Shown piece after piece: positions 29,084 through 39,112 of a stretch of DNA of 64,000 bases (positions are counted from its first letter, which is position 1; every line of letters begins with the position of its first letter). The DNA comes from Gemmatales bacterium (lineage in GTDB: Bacteria; Planctomycetota; Planctomycetia; Gemmatales; HRBIN36): NCBI GenBank assembly GCA_041640595.1, contig JBEPZY010000001.1:1-64000 (forward strand), in the 5' to 3' direction. The notes under the pieces were generated by a model that saw nothing but the letters and a program-made list of their open reading frames with translations, ran no database searches and was not told the origin of the DNA. A program made the translations under genes and the position numbers.

Positions 29084-29590
29084 CTCTATGCACCAAAGCA
29101 GTAATGTTTCCCAGGTACTGACACGGAGCATTCAAGCCCTGGGAACACGGTAATCATACAAGGCATGCACACGGTTGACGTCGCTGTGACGCCAACGATG
29201 CTTACCTCGCTAGGAAAAAACCGGTTCAGCGGCGAGGCACGGTTGACGTCACTGTTATGCTCGTAATCCCCCGGTAAAGATACTCGTTGCACAATTCGAT
29301 CTGCTCGGGATGTCAGCTCTTCGCCGGGAAGAGTGTCAGCCCTTCGTCAAAGCGAATCAACAACGAATTCCACAGAAAGACAAGTGCAACGGAGCGCTAG
29401 CCCTCAGGGCAACCGGGACGCGGTGGCGGAGCAGCAACAATTCCATGCGAAAACGCGATAGAGCGGGACGAATTGCCGTTGTCCTAATCGGCGGAGCAGA
29501 GGATGATGTCGGCCGCGAAGCTTCGGTTTCGCAAGCAAAAACTCCAACCCGGCCAACCAGTCTCAGCTACACTCATACAATGAAATCGCC

Positions 29591-30346
29591 ATGAAGCTGA
29601 AACAGGCGATGCGATTGAATCGGTATCTGGCATTAGCGGGTCTAGGCTCACGCCGACAGGTGGAGGATTTGATTCGCGCAGGTCGGGTGAGTGTGGACGG
29701 CGAAATTGTGCGCGATTTGAGTGTGCGGGTGGAGCCCGGACAGACCGTAGCCCTGGATGGCGAACCCATTCGACCGCAGCGCTATGTGTACTGGGTCGTG
29801 AATAAGCCACCCGGCTATCTTTCTACCACTTACGATCCGGACAACCGTCCCAAAGTTGTGGATTTGCTGTTGCACGTACCCGAGCGGATTTTCATGGTGG
29901 GTCGGCTCGACGAGGAAAGCGAAGGGTTGATGCTGCTTACCAACGATGGCGAGCTGGCTTATCGCTTGACCCATCCTAAGTTTGGCATTGAGAAAACCTA
30001 CATTGCTCAGGTGGCCGGATTGCCTTCCAGGGATATTCTCCATCAGTTAGTCAAAGGCGTGTGGACCAGCGACGGCAAAATGCGAGCGAAACGGGTACGC
30101 AGACTGGGCGTGCGAGGAAAAAGCACGTTTCTGGAAATAACCCTGGCCGAAGGCAAGAACCGTGAGATTCGCCGAATTCTTGCACGCCTGGGACACAAAG
30201 TGATGCATTTGAAGCGCATTGCTATCGGCCCTCTCAAACTGGGAGGCCTTAAAAAAGGCCGATGCCGACCGCTTACTCGCAAGGAACTCGACGCTCTCCG
30301 CCGACTCGCTTTTCCGAACGCGAGCACCGAAAGCCAGGGCAACTGA
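29591..30346 (+). CDS. rluB: RsuA/RluB-family pseudouridine synthase
   Basis: S4 domain RLNRYLA..SRR, NKPPG, GRLD and EGKNREIRR. Confidence 0.88.
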   Translation: MKLKQAMRLNRYLALAGLGSRRQVEDLIRAGRVSVDGEIVRDLSVRVEPGQTVALDGEPIRPQRYVYWVVNKPPGYLSTTYDPDNRPKVVDLLLHVPERIFMVGRLDEESEGLMLLTNDGELAYRLTHPKFGIEKTYIAQVAGLPSRDILHQLVKGVWTSDGKMRAKRVRRLGVRGKSTFLEITLAEGKNREIRRILARLGHKVMHLKRIAIGPLKLGGLKKGRCRPLTRKELDALRRLAFPNASTESQGN

Positions 30347-30366
30347 AATTTCACCCATTGCCAACC

Positions 30367-31302
30367 ATGACGCCAGCATCACCTAGCGGTGCCAATCACG
30401 CCAGCACGGTTCGGCCAGGCTGTCATCCGCCGCTTTCTGCGTCGGACTCCGTTTCCGCGAGACGACTGGTCCATGCAACCGTGCCGGTGGTGGAGAATCA
30501 GCTTCTCGCCCGCAGGACTTATCGTTTACGTTTGGAATGTCCGGAGTTGGCTGCGGCAATCGAGCCCGGGCAGTTCCTTATGCTCCGATTTCCCGATCGG
30601 CTGGAACCATTACTGGGTCGAGCGTTTGCCCTGCTGGATGTTGTGCGGGATAGCGACGAACGACCCTGGGGCGTGGATATTGGTTATTTCGTCGTGGGCA
30701 AGACCACTCGCCTGCTGGAACGCTTGCGCCCCGGCGATTTGCTGACCATCTGGGGACCGCTGGGACAACCTTTTCCGAGCTATCATGGAGTACGGGAACT
30801 GGTGCTCATTGCAGGTGGTATCGGCCAGACTCCCTTCGTTGCACTGGTGCGTCGCGTTCTGGGGCTGAGCAGTTATGGCTCGCGTCCGGCTGGCCAGGAA
30901 TGTGAACGTGTTCGGCTGGTTTACGGAACTCGCTCTGCCGATCTGCTGACCGGTGTCGAAGAGTTTGCGCGTCTGGGCGTGTTGGTTCATATCTGCACCG
31001 AAGACGGCACGGCAGGACGCAGCGGTCGCGTAACCGATGTGCTCTCCGATCTGGGCAAGCCTTCGACCGGCGTGCAATGGGTGGCGTGTGGCCCGCACGC
31101 TATGCTCAAAGCGGTGGCTGAGCTGGCCCGGCAATGGCAGGTGCCTTGCCAAGTTACCCTGGAAACGCCCATGGCCTGCGGGACTGGCATCTGCTACAGT
31201 TGCGTAACTCGTGTTCGTGTCGCCCAGGGTTGGGATTATCGGCGGGTTTGTGTGGAAGGGCCCCTCTTCGATGCAGCCCAACTGGTCTGGGAGGAAAACT
31301 AA
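30367..31302 (+). CDS. pyrK: Dihydroorotate dehydrogenase electron-transfer subunit
   Basis: PGQFLML, AGGIG, CGP and MACGTGICYSC..VCVEGP [2Fe-2S] motif. Confidence 0.9.
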   Translation: MTPASPSGANHASTVRPGCHPPLSASDSVSARRLVHATVPVVENQLLARRTYRLRLECPELAAAIEPGQFLMLRFPDRLEPLLGRAFALLDVVRDSDERPWGVDIGYFVVGKTTRLLERLRPGDLLTIWGPLGQPFPSYHGVRELVLIAGGIGQTPFVALVRRVLGLSSYGSRPAGQECERVRLVYGTRSADLLTGVEEFARLGVLVHICTEDGTAGRSGRVTDVLSDLGKPSTGVQWVACGPHAMLKAVAELARQWQVPCQVTLETPMACGTGICYSCVTRVRVAQGWDYRRVCVEGPLFDAAQLVWEEN

Positions 31303-31451
31303 CCAGCGAGTGTCGTCTTCGACACGCCTCGGCGACTTTGCCAGCTTTTATGCTTGAGTTACCGCCAGGATAAAATCCCAATGGCCTGCCCATGACACCG
31401 ATCTGGCATTGGCTGAGCTAGCATTGTCGCGATGGGAGGTTGGTAGCAAAC

Positions 31452-32978
31452 ATGATTCCGGACCTTACGCCGGCTGTATGGCGAGCATTAGCCCAGGCAC
31501 GCTGGTTAGCGAACCAGTTAAACGTTCCGCCGGCTGCGCATCATTTGCTCTGCGCGCTATGCGCGGAACCGGAAGGTCGCGTGGCCAGTTTGCTGGCCGA
31601 TTTTGGCATTATCGGTGAACACCTTTGTGTGGAATTGCTCGAGCAAAACAGTCCACCACAGTTTCCCCCGCCTCCGATTGTGGACGAAACCCAGGTAACT
31701 AATCTCGCACAAGGCTTCTATCGCATTCTGCGAACGGCCCGGCGAATTGCGCTGGAGTGCAGTGGCGAAGCTACGGTTGCCACGGAACACGTCCTCGTGG
31801 CCCTGGCACAAACCGATGAGCGATGCAGGAGCTGCCTGGAAAAACTCGGCTTACCGTTAGAGCGACTCGAAGCCCGCATGCAGCCCGAACCGGGTCCTTT
31901 GCAAATGGACGAACCGCTCAGTTTTGAGACTCCCATGGAGACTCAATCCCTGGCGCGGATCATTGATGCCAATTACAACCGGGCTCGCGAGGCTCTGCGC
32001 GTAGTCGAGGATTATTGCCGTTTTGTCCTGAACGATGCTTATCTGCAACGGGAATGGCGGCAGATACGCCATCAGTTGTCCGAGATACTCGCGCGAAGTG
32101 GTCTGGCGTTGCTGGCGGCACGCGACACACCGGGGGATGTGGGTACACCAGCGGGCAGCGAAACTTCACCCAGGCATTCCTTTCGTGCGGTCGTACGTGC
32201 CAATGCGAGCCGGGTTCAGGAAGCTCTGCGCACTCTGGAAGAGTATTTGCGTCTCCATCAGGCCGATCTCTCCGCTCAGCTGGCAGCCTTGCGCTATCGA
32301 ACCTACACCCTGGAGAAGGCCTCGCTTGGAATGGAGGCCAGTCAAGAAGCGCTGGCGAACGCTCGATTGTGTGTCATCATAACCGGGGCACTTTGCGTGC
32401 GACCGCTGGAGTGGACGGTGAAAGAAGCTTTGGCTGGTGGAGCTGATATCATCCAGCTTCGCGAAAAATCCCTCCCCGACCGCGAATGGCTGCTCCGAGC
32501 GGAATTGCTCCGCCGCTGGACTGCAGAAGCCAGAGCCCTATTTATCGTCAACGACCGACCGGACATCGCTCGTTTAGCCGGAGCCGATGGCGTGCACGTT
32601 GGCCAGGACGATTTGCCCTTGCCGCGCGTTCGTCGGCTGGTCGGGGCGGAGTTTTTGATCGGCGTGAGCACTCACAATCTGGAGCAGCTCCGCCAGGCCA
32701 TCACTGAGGGTGCCAGTTACGTCGGTGTCGGGCCGGTGTTCACGACCTCGACCAAACCAGTCAGCGAACTGGCTGGGCTGGAATACGTCCGGCAAGCCGC
32801 TGCCGAAACCGCTTTGCCCGCGTTCGCCATCGGGGGCATCACACCGGCCAACGTCGAGCAGGTAGTGCAGGCTGGTTTGAACCGGGTCGCTGTCTCTTCC
32901 GTGGTCTGTCGGGCGGAAAATCCCCGCGTTATCGTCCAGGAACTTCGCCGGGTGCTCGATACCGTGAAACCCGCCTAA
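31452..32978 (+). CDS. thiE: Thiamine-phosphate synthase with N-terminal Clp-N-like and ThiD2-like domains
   Basis: HLLCAL and VATEHVLVAL (Clp-N); RIIDANYNRAREALRVVED..RDTPGDVG (ThiD2); QLREK, IVNDRPD, GVHVGQDD and AIGGI (ThiE). Confidence 0.9.
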   Translation: MIPDLTPAVWRALAQARWLANQLNVPPAAHHLLCALCAEPEGRVASLLADFGIIGEHLCVELLEQNSPPQFPPPPIVDETQVTNLAQGFYRILRTARRIALECSGEATVATEHVLVALAQTDERCRSCLEKLGLPLERLEARMQPEPGPLQMDEPLSFETPMETQSLARIIDANYNRAREALRVVEDYCRFVLNDAYLQREWRQIRHQLSEILARSGLALLAARDTPGDVGTPAGSETSPRHSFRAVVRANASRVQEALRTLEEYLRLHQADLSAQLAALRYRTYTLEKASLGMEASQEALANARLCVIITGALCVRPLEWTVKEALAGGADIIQLREKSLPDREWLLRAELLRRWTAEARALFIVNDRPDIARLAGADGVHVGQDDLPLPRVRRLVGAEFLIGVSTHNLEQLRQAITEGASYVGVGPVFTTSTKPVSELAGLEYVRQAAAETALPAFAIGGITPANVEQVVQAGLNRVAVSSVVCRAENPRVIVQELRRVLDTVKPA

Positions 32979-33065
32979 GATGAGCACTAACTACCAATCC
33001 GAATTTGCCCAACCTCGGCAGCGGCTTGCCACTTTTAGATGCGACTACGGACAAGGAACCGACTT

Positions 33066-34343
33066 ATGCCTTACCCGAAAATGGTAACCTTACGCCAGGA
33101 GTTTGAGCGACCGGTCGTCTCGGACATTGCCGCGACGGTATGGCAGACCTTGAGTGGACTCGATTTGGGAAAGCGAATTCGTCCTGGGCAGACGGTTGCG
33201 CTCACGGCAGGAAGTCGGGGCATCGCCAACATTGCTTTGATCCTCCGCGAAACTGTGCGGTTCTTACGTAAGCTGGGGGCCGAGCCGTTCATTGTTCCTG
33301 CAATGGGGAGTCACGGCGGCGCTACCGCGGAGGGACAGCGACGGGTGCTGGAATCCTACGGAATCACCGAAGCGTTTGTCGAGGCTCCGATCCGGGCCAG
33401 TATGGAGGTGGTTTCGCTGGGCACCACTGCCGAAGGTTACCCCGTCGTGCTTGACCGTTTCGCCAGCCAGGCCGATCACATTGGCGTGATCGGACGAGTC
33501 AAGCCGCATACCGGCTTTCACGGTCCAATCGAGAGCGGTTTGCTGAAAATGCTGATGATCGGGCTGGGCAAGCATGCAGGCGCCAGCCGTTACCATCGCA
33601 TTTTGCTTGAGGAACCTTACGATAAGGTGGTTCGCTCGGTAGCCCGTCACATTCTGGCCCGCCAATCGGTCGCTTTTGGCCTGGCCATAGTGGAGAACGC
33701 TTACGACGAGACCGCCCTCATCGAAGCCGTGCCGCCCGAATGTTTTGAAAAACGCGAGGAAGAGCTTTTGCAGCTGGCGCGTCGCTGGTTGCCGCGGCTT
33801 CCCTGGTCCCGGGCTGATCTGCTCATCGTGGACGAGATCGGCAAAGAAATCAGCGGCTCTGGTATGGACACCAATGTCGTCGGTCGCAAACGCGCTTTGA
33901 AAAACGCCAGCGATATTCCCCAGCCGGAAATGCGGCTCATCTTCGTCCGCGATCTTTCTGAAAAAACACACGGTAACGCCACGGGTATCGGTCTGGCCGA
34001 TTTCACGACTTCCCGCCTGATCCGCAAGATGGACTACCGTGCAACGGTGATCAACTGCCTGACCGCTGGCTACCCGAATGGGGCGTTTCTTCCGGTACAC
34101 TTTGACACTGACCGCGAGGTGCTGGACGCTGCCCTGTCCATCGTGGCGCCGGAAGACCCGACATCCGCCCGCGTTCTGTGGATCCGCAATACACTACAAC
34201 TGCAATACGTCCAGGCTTCCGAAGCCTGCTGGCGTCAGGGTTCACCAGAAACTCGCTGCACAGCGATTAGCCCAGCCCGGGAACTGGAATTTGACTCTGC
34301 CGGTAACTTGGTGCCCTGGCACCACGCCTGGACCAAAACTTAG
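33066..34343 (+). CDS. LarA N-terminal-like / DUF362-like protein
   Basis: GSRGI, PAMGSHGGAT, RVKPHT, IGLGK and GKEISGSGMDTNV. Confidence 0.75.
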   Translation: MPYPKMVTLRQEFERPVVSDIAATVWQTLSGLDLGKRIRPGQTVALTAGSRGIANIALILRETVRFLRKLGAEPFIVPAMGSHGGATAEGQRRVLESYGITEAFVEAPIRASMEVVSLGTTAEGYPVVLDRFASQADHIGVIGRVKPHTGFHGPIESGLLKMLMIGLGKHAGASRYHRILLEEPYDKVVRSVARHILARQSVAFGLAIVENAYDETALIEAVPPECFEKREEELLQLARRWLPRLPWSRADLLIVDEIGKEISGSGMDTNVVGRKRALKNASDIPQPEMRLIFVRDLSEKTHGNATGIGLADFTTSRLIRKMDYRATVINCLTAGYPNGAFLPVHFDTDREVLDAALSIVAPEDPTSARVLWIRNTLQLQYVQASEACWRQGSPETRCTAISPARELEFDSAGNLVPWHHAWTKT

Positions 34344-34756
34344 GCCGCACTGCCGCTTTTATTCCCTCAAGAGTCCCGTATAGCCCGCGGAAGCAAAAGG
34401 ACCGTTCGCTGCGAGAGCAACCACCGCAAACCAGCTGGGCCAGACTTACACAGTCATTACTGCATTGCGAGTATGCCCCGGAATCATGGCGCCCCAGAGC
34501 TATGCACTTGCCGAGAGATTAGCACCCGTTTCGCGTTATCGGTAACCGGCGCGCGGGTTCGAACACCTGCGTGTCGCTTGTTACCGCGCTTACGTTTTGT
34601 CGTCTGGTAACCGGAACGCGCATTCGAACACCTGCCCTATCCCGAATCCAAGCCAGTGGATATATTATTTGCTTGCTGCGGTCATTGAAACTGGAGCAAA
34701 CAGCAACGGACAAACGTGAGCATGACCCTTCGGCCCAGGTAAGTCCTAGCACAGGT

Positions 34757-35788
34757 ATGAACACGCAATACGACGGTACTCTGATCAGCGTCCGCCCACC
34801 ATGTCGTTCCTTGTTGGGTGTGCGGATTATCGCTACCGGCAGCTATGTGCCCGACGGTGTGATTACCAACGATTACCTCGGCCAGCATTACGGCTGCGAT
34901 CCGGAATGGATTGTGCGTCGCACAGGCATTCTCGAACGACGGCACGCCTTGCCCCATCAGGCCACCAGCGATTTGTGTTACGAGGCCGCCGAGTTGTGTT
35001 TGCAACGGGCCGGCATTGCTCGCCAGGAGGTGGACTTGCTGATCTGCGGCACCTATACGCCGGATATGTCGTTTCCCTCGACGGCCTGTTTGTTGCAGGA
35101 TCGGCTGGGGCTGCATTGTGCCGCTTTTGATTTGCAGGCCGCCTGTGCCGGTTTCATGTATGCCCTGGTCACCGGGGCCGCTTACATTGCCGCCGGAGTC
35201 AGTCGCTATGCCCTGGTCATCGGCGGCGATACGAACTCTCGCGTCGCCAATCCTCGCGATCAGAAAACCTTTCCACTTTTCGGCGACGGTGCCGGAGCGG
35301 TCCTGCTTGCTAAAGCCCCCAAAGAGTACGGTATCCTCAGCTACAGTCTCGGCTCCGACGGTCGCGGTGGCGATTTGTTGAGCCGTCCGGCCTGCGGTAG
35401 CCGACTTCCTCCCAGCGCCGATCTCCTCGCCCAGGGATTGCAGTATCTATACATGGACGGACGCGCTGTCTTTCGCTGGGCTGTCAATATCCTTTGCGAC
35501 TCCATACGCGACGTCTTGCAACACAGCCACCTGACCATTGATGACATAGATGTGTTCATTCCCCATCAAGCGAACATTCGCATCATTAACGCTGCCTTGG
35601 ACGCCTTGCATATCCCGCGTGAGAAAGTTTTTTGCAATCTCCACAAATACGGTAACACCTCGGCTGGTTCGATCCCGCTGGCCCTGGATGAAGCTGTACA
35701 GGAAGGTCGCATTCGCCCGGGCAGCCTAATTGTCATGAGCGGTTTCGGCGCCGGACTCGCCTGGGGCACCGTCGTCATGCGCTGGTAA
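34757..35788 (+). CDS. fabH: 3-oxoacyl-ACP synthase III
   Basis: AACAGF, FGDGAGA, PHQAN, GNTSAGS and GFGAGLAWG. Confidence 0.95.
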   Translation: MNTQYDGTLISVRPPCRSLLGVRIIATGSYVPDGVITNDYLGQHYGCDPEWIVRRTGILERRHALPHQATSDLCYEAAELCLQRAGIARQEVDLLICGTYTPDMSFPSTACLLQDRLGLHCAAFDLQAACAGFMYALVTGAAYIAAGVSRYALVIGGDTNSRVANPRDQKTFPLFGDGAGAVLLAKAPKEYGILSYSLGSDGRGGDLLSRPACGSRLPPSADLLAQGLQYLYMDGRAVFRWAVNILCDSIRDVLQHSHLTIDDIDVFIPHQANIRIINAALDALHIPREKVFCNLHKYGNTSAGSIPLALDEAVQEGRIRPGSLIVMSGFGAGLAWGTVVMRW

Positions 35789-35932
35789 CGGCGGTGACGT
35801 CTGAGTCTCGTCAGGAACAAGGTGGCACCACAATGGGCTTACTCCCATCGCGCCTGGTGACCATCGTGGGCTTACACGCTCACCTCTCTTTGCTGGCCGC
35901 CCTGGCCAGGCACTCTCCCGTAACCACCCGAG

Positions 35933-37216
35933 CTATGCCGATCGGCTGTACCACAGGATCAGGGCTTCCGTCTCGTTGCGGCTGGCCAGAATATTGAGTG
36001 CCAGACGTTGCCGGTACGAGTCTAGCAGCGGACTATAACCGAAATTTTCATCCACGACCTGTACCGCTTTTTCGACGGCTGCCAGCCCACCGCGTTCCAG
36101 ATAGCCCCGCGTCAGCCAGAGGATCATCGGCAAGGTCAGAGCTAACAATTCCAACCCGGTCAGGAACGGATAATCCATGAAGGCCGGGCCGCAGAATTGC
36201 AGCGATTTCATCTTCACGCAATAATATCGCTCCAACAGTTCCCAGGCGGCCTGAGGCAAGGCGGATAAAGGTCCTTCCAGTTCTTGGAAAGTTTTGTCCG
36301 GGAGTCCCTTTTGCAAGGGGGGTAGTTTCCCCTTGCCGCGTACCATTCGCCACATGGCTGCCATCAAACCCAGTCGGCTGCGTGAAGCCACGCCCCGCCG
36401 TACACCTTGATCCTTGCGCAAGCAAATCGCCAGGAAATTGCGAAACAATATCCGCCCTACCCAGCTGGGCTTAGCATGCCGTTGCAGAAGCTGCTTCACT
36501 TCTTCCTCGGCCGAGCCCTCTAATATCTCTAAGAACTGTCGCAAGCGCTCGCCCCGCACCTGTTCGAAGCGGGCCTCCCGGCAAATGCGGGCTATGTGGA
36601 GAATCGTCAGCCACCGCTCGACTAAGCTTTGGCGGCGTCGCTCTAATATCCGGGTAAAGTGTTCGGCGAAAAGGATCAGATCGCGCCAATCTAATATTTC
36701 CCCCTGACCGAATGGCGGAGGCGGTGTCTCACCCGAAGAATCCAGATGCGGATGCATTTCCCGGTGCCAACGCTCGAATCCCGTAGCATATTCACGCAAC
36801 TCGTCCAGCTGAGCATCTAACCGCCTGCCTTTATTCGCCGTTGCCGACGGACACGCATAGCGCAAACTGATCCGGTAATGGTCGCCGACCGGTACTAAAA
36901 CATAAGGATAGAGCCGGCAGGCAAACGGTTTCGCTTCGGCGCCAAACTTAGCGTGAATGCGACACAGACCATTTTCATCCAGGAAAATGCACCTATCACC
37001 GTCGCGCTGATTGAGCCGCCAGCGGCGCCGCCAGATGGGGCCGTAGGGCACAAACAACGGGATACCTTGAAACTCCGGCAATTGCGACCAGCCTTGCTCG
37101 GCGATACGGCGACGCTCTTCCGGGGTAACCGGCACCCAGTAATCGGTGCAGCAATTGCCGCATTGATGACAATCCCAACGCTGAATCACCGGCAAACTGC
37201 GAATCGGTCGCGCCAT
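35933..37216 (-). CDS. YkgJ/FliB-type CxxCxxCC cluster protein
   Basis: CHQCGNCC, CIFLD..CRIH and KPFACRLYP. Confidence 0.8.
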   Translation of the reverse strand: MARPIRSLPVIQRWDCHQCGNCCTDYWVPVTPEERRRIAEQGWSQLPEFQGIPLFVPYGPIWRRRWRLNQRDGDRCIFLDENGLCRIHAKFGAEAKPFACRLYPYVLVPVGDHYRISLRYACPSATANKGRRLDAQLDELREYATGFERWHREMHPHLDSSGETPPPPFGQGEILDWRDLILFAEHFTRILERRRQSLVERWLTILHIARICREARFEQVRGERLRQFLEILEGSAEEEVKQLLQRHAKPSWVGRILFRNFLAICLRKDQGVRRGVASRSRLGLMAAMWRMVRGKGKLPPLQKGLPDKTFQELEGPLSALPQAAWELLERYYCVKMKSLQFCGPAFMDYPFLTGLELLALTLPMILWLTRGYLERGGLAAVEKAVQVVDENFGYSPLLDSYRQRLALNILASRNETEALILWYSRSA

Positions 37217-37287
37217 GGCGAAACCTCTCCAGCCCGCTGCCACCAGCCCAGCCGGGGCTGGTAATAAATACAAGCATCCCTGCCGCA

Positions 37288-38367
37288 CTAATGACCTATA
37301 TACTTAGCATAGAGAGTGCGGGCACGCTCGACGTCGCTGGTACCCTTGATAATCGCGCGCCCGTCGGGGAAAACGGTGAACTCATAGCCATCCACTTGAA
37401 ATTTGAGCAGGAATTGATTGTAGGTCACCTCCCCCAGGCCGCGGAGGCGTTGCGCCAGTTCCTCGAAATCGAGGCGAGTTGCGCTACGGTGAGCAACTTG
37501 CACAGCATTCCGACCGCATAACGCTGTCGTGTGCGAACCCATTTTCCCTTCCAGCCAGTCAAACTGCCGACGTTTACAGCAAGGGCAATCCACTGTATCT
37601 TTCAGCCGACTTACCTTGAACTGCCGCAGGATATTGTCCCAGACATCTATATAAATCAGTTCGCGGTTGACAGCTTCTAAGTGTCCGGTGAGGATTTTCA
37701 AAGCCTCAGCCGCCTGGAAACTGGCGACGATGTGCACAGCCGGAGCGAGAACGCCAGCGGTCTCGCACGTCGGTGCCATCCCCGGTGGTGGGGCCGATTC
37801 GATCACGCAACGCAGGCACGGCGTCTCGCCCGGCAGGATGACCATCACCTGCCCGTGGCTGCCTATACATCCGCCATAGACCCAGGGTTTACCTGTCTTA
37901 ATGGCCGCATCGTTAATCAGATAACGCACCTCGAAATTATCCGTGCCATCTAATATCAAGTCCGCATCGGCAATCAGGTCGAGAATGTTAGTATGGTCAA
38001 TATCGGTGACAACCGGTTCGATACGCACGGAGGAATTGACACGCTGAAGAATGCGAGCAGCGGCGATCGCCTTGGGCAGATTTTCGGCGACATCCTGCTC
38101 GTCGAAGAGAACCTGCCGTTGCAGATTATGCAACTCGATAAAGTCACGATCCACGATGCGGACAAAGCCGACGCCGGCACGCACTAATAAATTAGCCAGC
38201 ACCGTACCCAGGGCACCGCAACCGCAAAGCGTAACGCGACTGGCGAGCAGTTTCCGTTGCCCCTCCTCGCCGATGCCGGGAAACTTCATCTGGCGACTGT
38301 AGCGCTCTAAGCTAACATCGCCCGATTTCAGGTCGTTGGCATTCGTGGCAATCGCATTGATGCTCAT
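37288..38367 (-). CDS. ThiF/MoeB family adenylyltransferase
   Basis: RYSRQ, GCGALG, DRD..NLQRQ, TDN, PCLRC and CPCC. Confidence 0.92.
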   Translation of the reverse strand: MSINAIATNANDLKSGDVSLERYSRQMKFPGIGEEGQRKLLASRVTLCGCGALGTVLANLLVRAGVGFVRIVDRDFIELHNLQRQVLFDEQDVAENLPKAIAAARILQRVNSSVRIEPVVTDIDHTNILDLIADADLILDGTDNFEVRYLINDAAIKTGKPWVYGGCIGSHGQVMVILPGETPCLRCVIESAPPPGMAPTCETAGVLAPAVHIVASFQAAEALKILTGHLEAVNRELIYIDVWDNILRQFKVSRLKDTVDCPCCKRRQFDWLEGKMGSHTTALCGRNAVQVAHRSATRLDFEELAQRLRGLGEVTYNQFLLKFQVDGYEFTVFPDGRAIIKGTSDVERARTLYAKYIGH

Positions 38368-38391
38368 AGCTGGTTATCGCAGAAATAATAT

Positions 38392-38670
38392 CTAAATTTC
38401 GCCGCCAGCAACTGCGGGAATGATGCTGATCTGGTCGCCTTCCTGGACAGGGGTATCTAAATTGTTGAGGTAGCGGATATCTTCGTCGTTAAGATAGATA
38501 TTGACGAAACGGCGCACCTGGCCGTTATCGAAGAGCCGATGGCCTAATTCAGGAAATTGCCGCACTATATCATTGAGCACTTCGCCCACAGTTTGTCCCT
38601 GACCGTGTACCAGGTCACGACCCTGGGTATGCTGACGTAAGGGTGAAGGGATTTGCACACTAATAGGCAT
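38392..38670 (-). CDS. MoaD/CysO-like ubiquitin-like sulfur carrier with GG followed by an EI extension
   Basis: IPSPLR, RRFVNIYLNDEDIR and IIPAVAGG-EI. Confidence 0.92.
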   Translation of the reverse strand: MPISVQIPSPLRQHTQGRDLVHGQGQTVGEVLNDIVRQFPELGHRLFDNGQVRRFVNIYLNDEDIRYLNNLDTPVQEGDQISIIPAVAGGEI

Positions 38671-38682
38671 AGATAAACCTCG

Positions 38683-39033
38683 CTAGCCAATCATCCAGTA
38701 TAGCAATGTGCCACAGGCCCAGAAGGTGGTGACAAAGCTCAGACAATCGCCTGAAGTCAGCCACCACGGGCGGGGCAATCCAGCTTCCCACACCAGACGT
38801 TCCACACGCCGCCACTGTACATGCAGTATTAAGCCCAGAAGGAGCAGGTAAGTTTCCAGACTAAGTTTCAGCTCCAGCCAGCGGGCCTCGGTAAGGGTGA
38901 AGCTGAGCAGCACCTGGGCGGTCATGTAAAAGATAAGCACACCCCACCCGACCGATCCCAGGACCACTGCTTCCAGGGGTAAGGCAGGCGGTGAGGCAAG
39001 GTCGTCCTGCCAGGTAGGTTCGTAAGCCGACAT
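38683..39033 (-). CDS. Small hypothetical membrane protein
   Basis: Two to three hydrophobic segments; fills the gap within the operon. Confidence 0.55.
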   Translation of the reverse strand: MSAYEPTWQDDLASPPALPLEAVVLGSVGWGVLIFYMTAQVLLSFTLTEARWLELKLSLETYLLLLGLILHVQWRRVERLVWEAGLPRPWWLTSGDCLSFVTTFWACGTLLYWMIG

Positions 39034-39112
39034 AAAGGCTCCAGTCTCGCGCATGCAGCGACCAGGCATTACTGCTGGCGTTATTCTAGCAGGGTTAGCG
39101 GTACAGTGCTGT

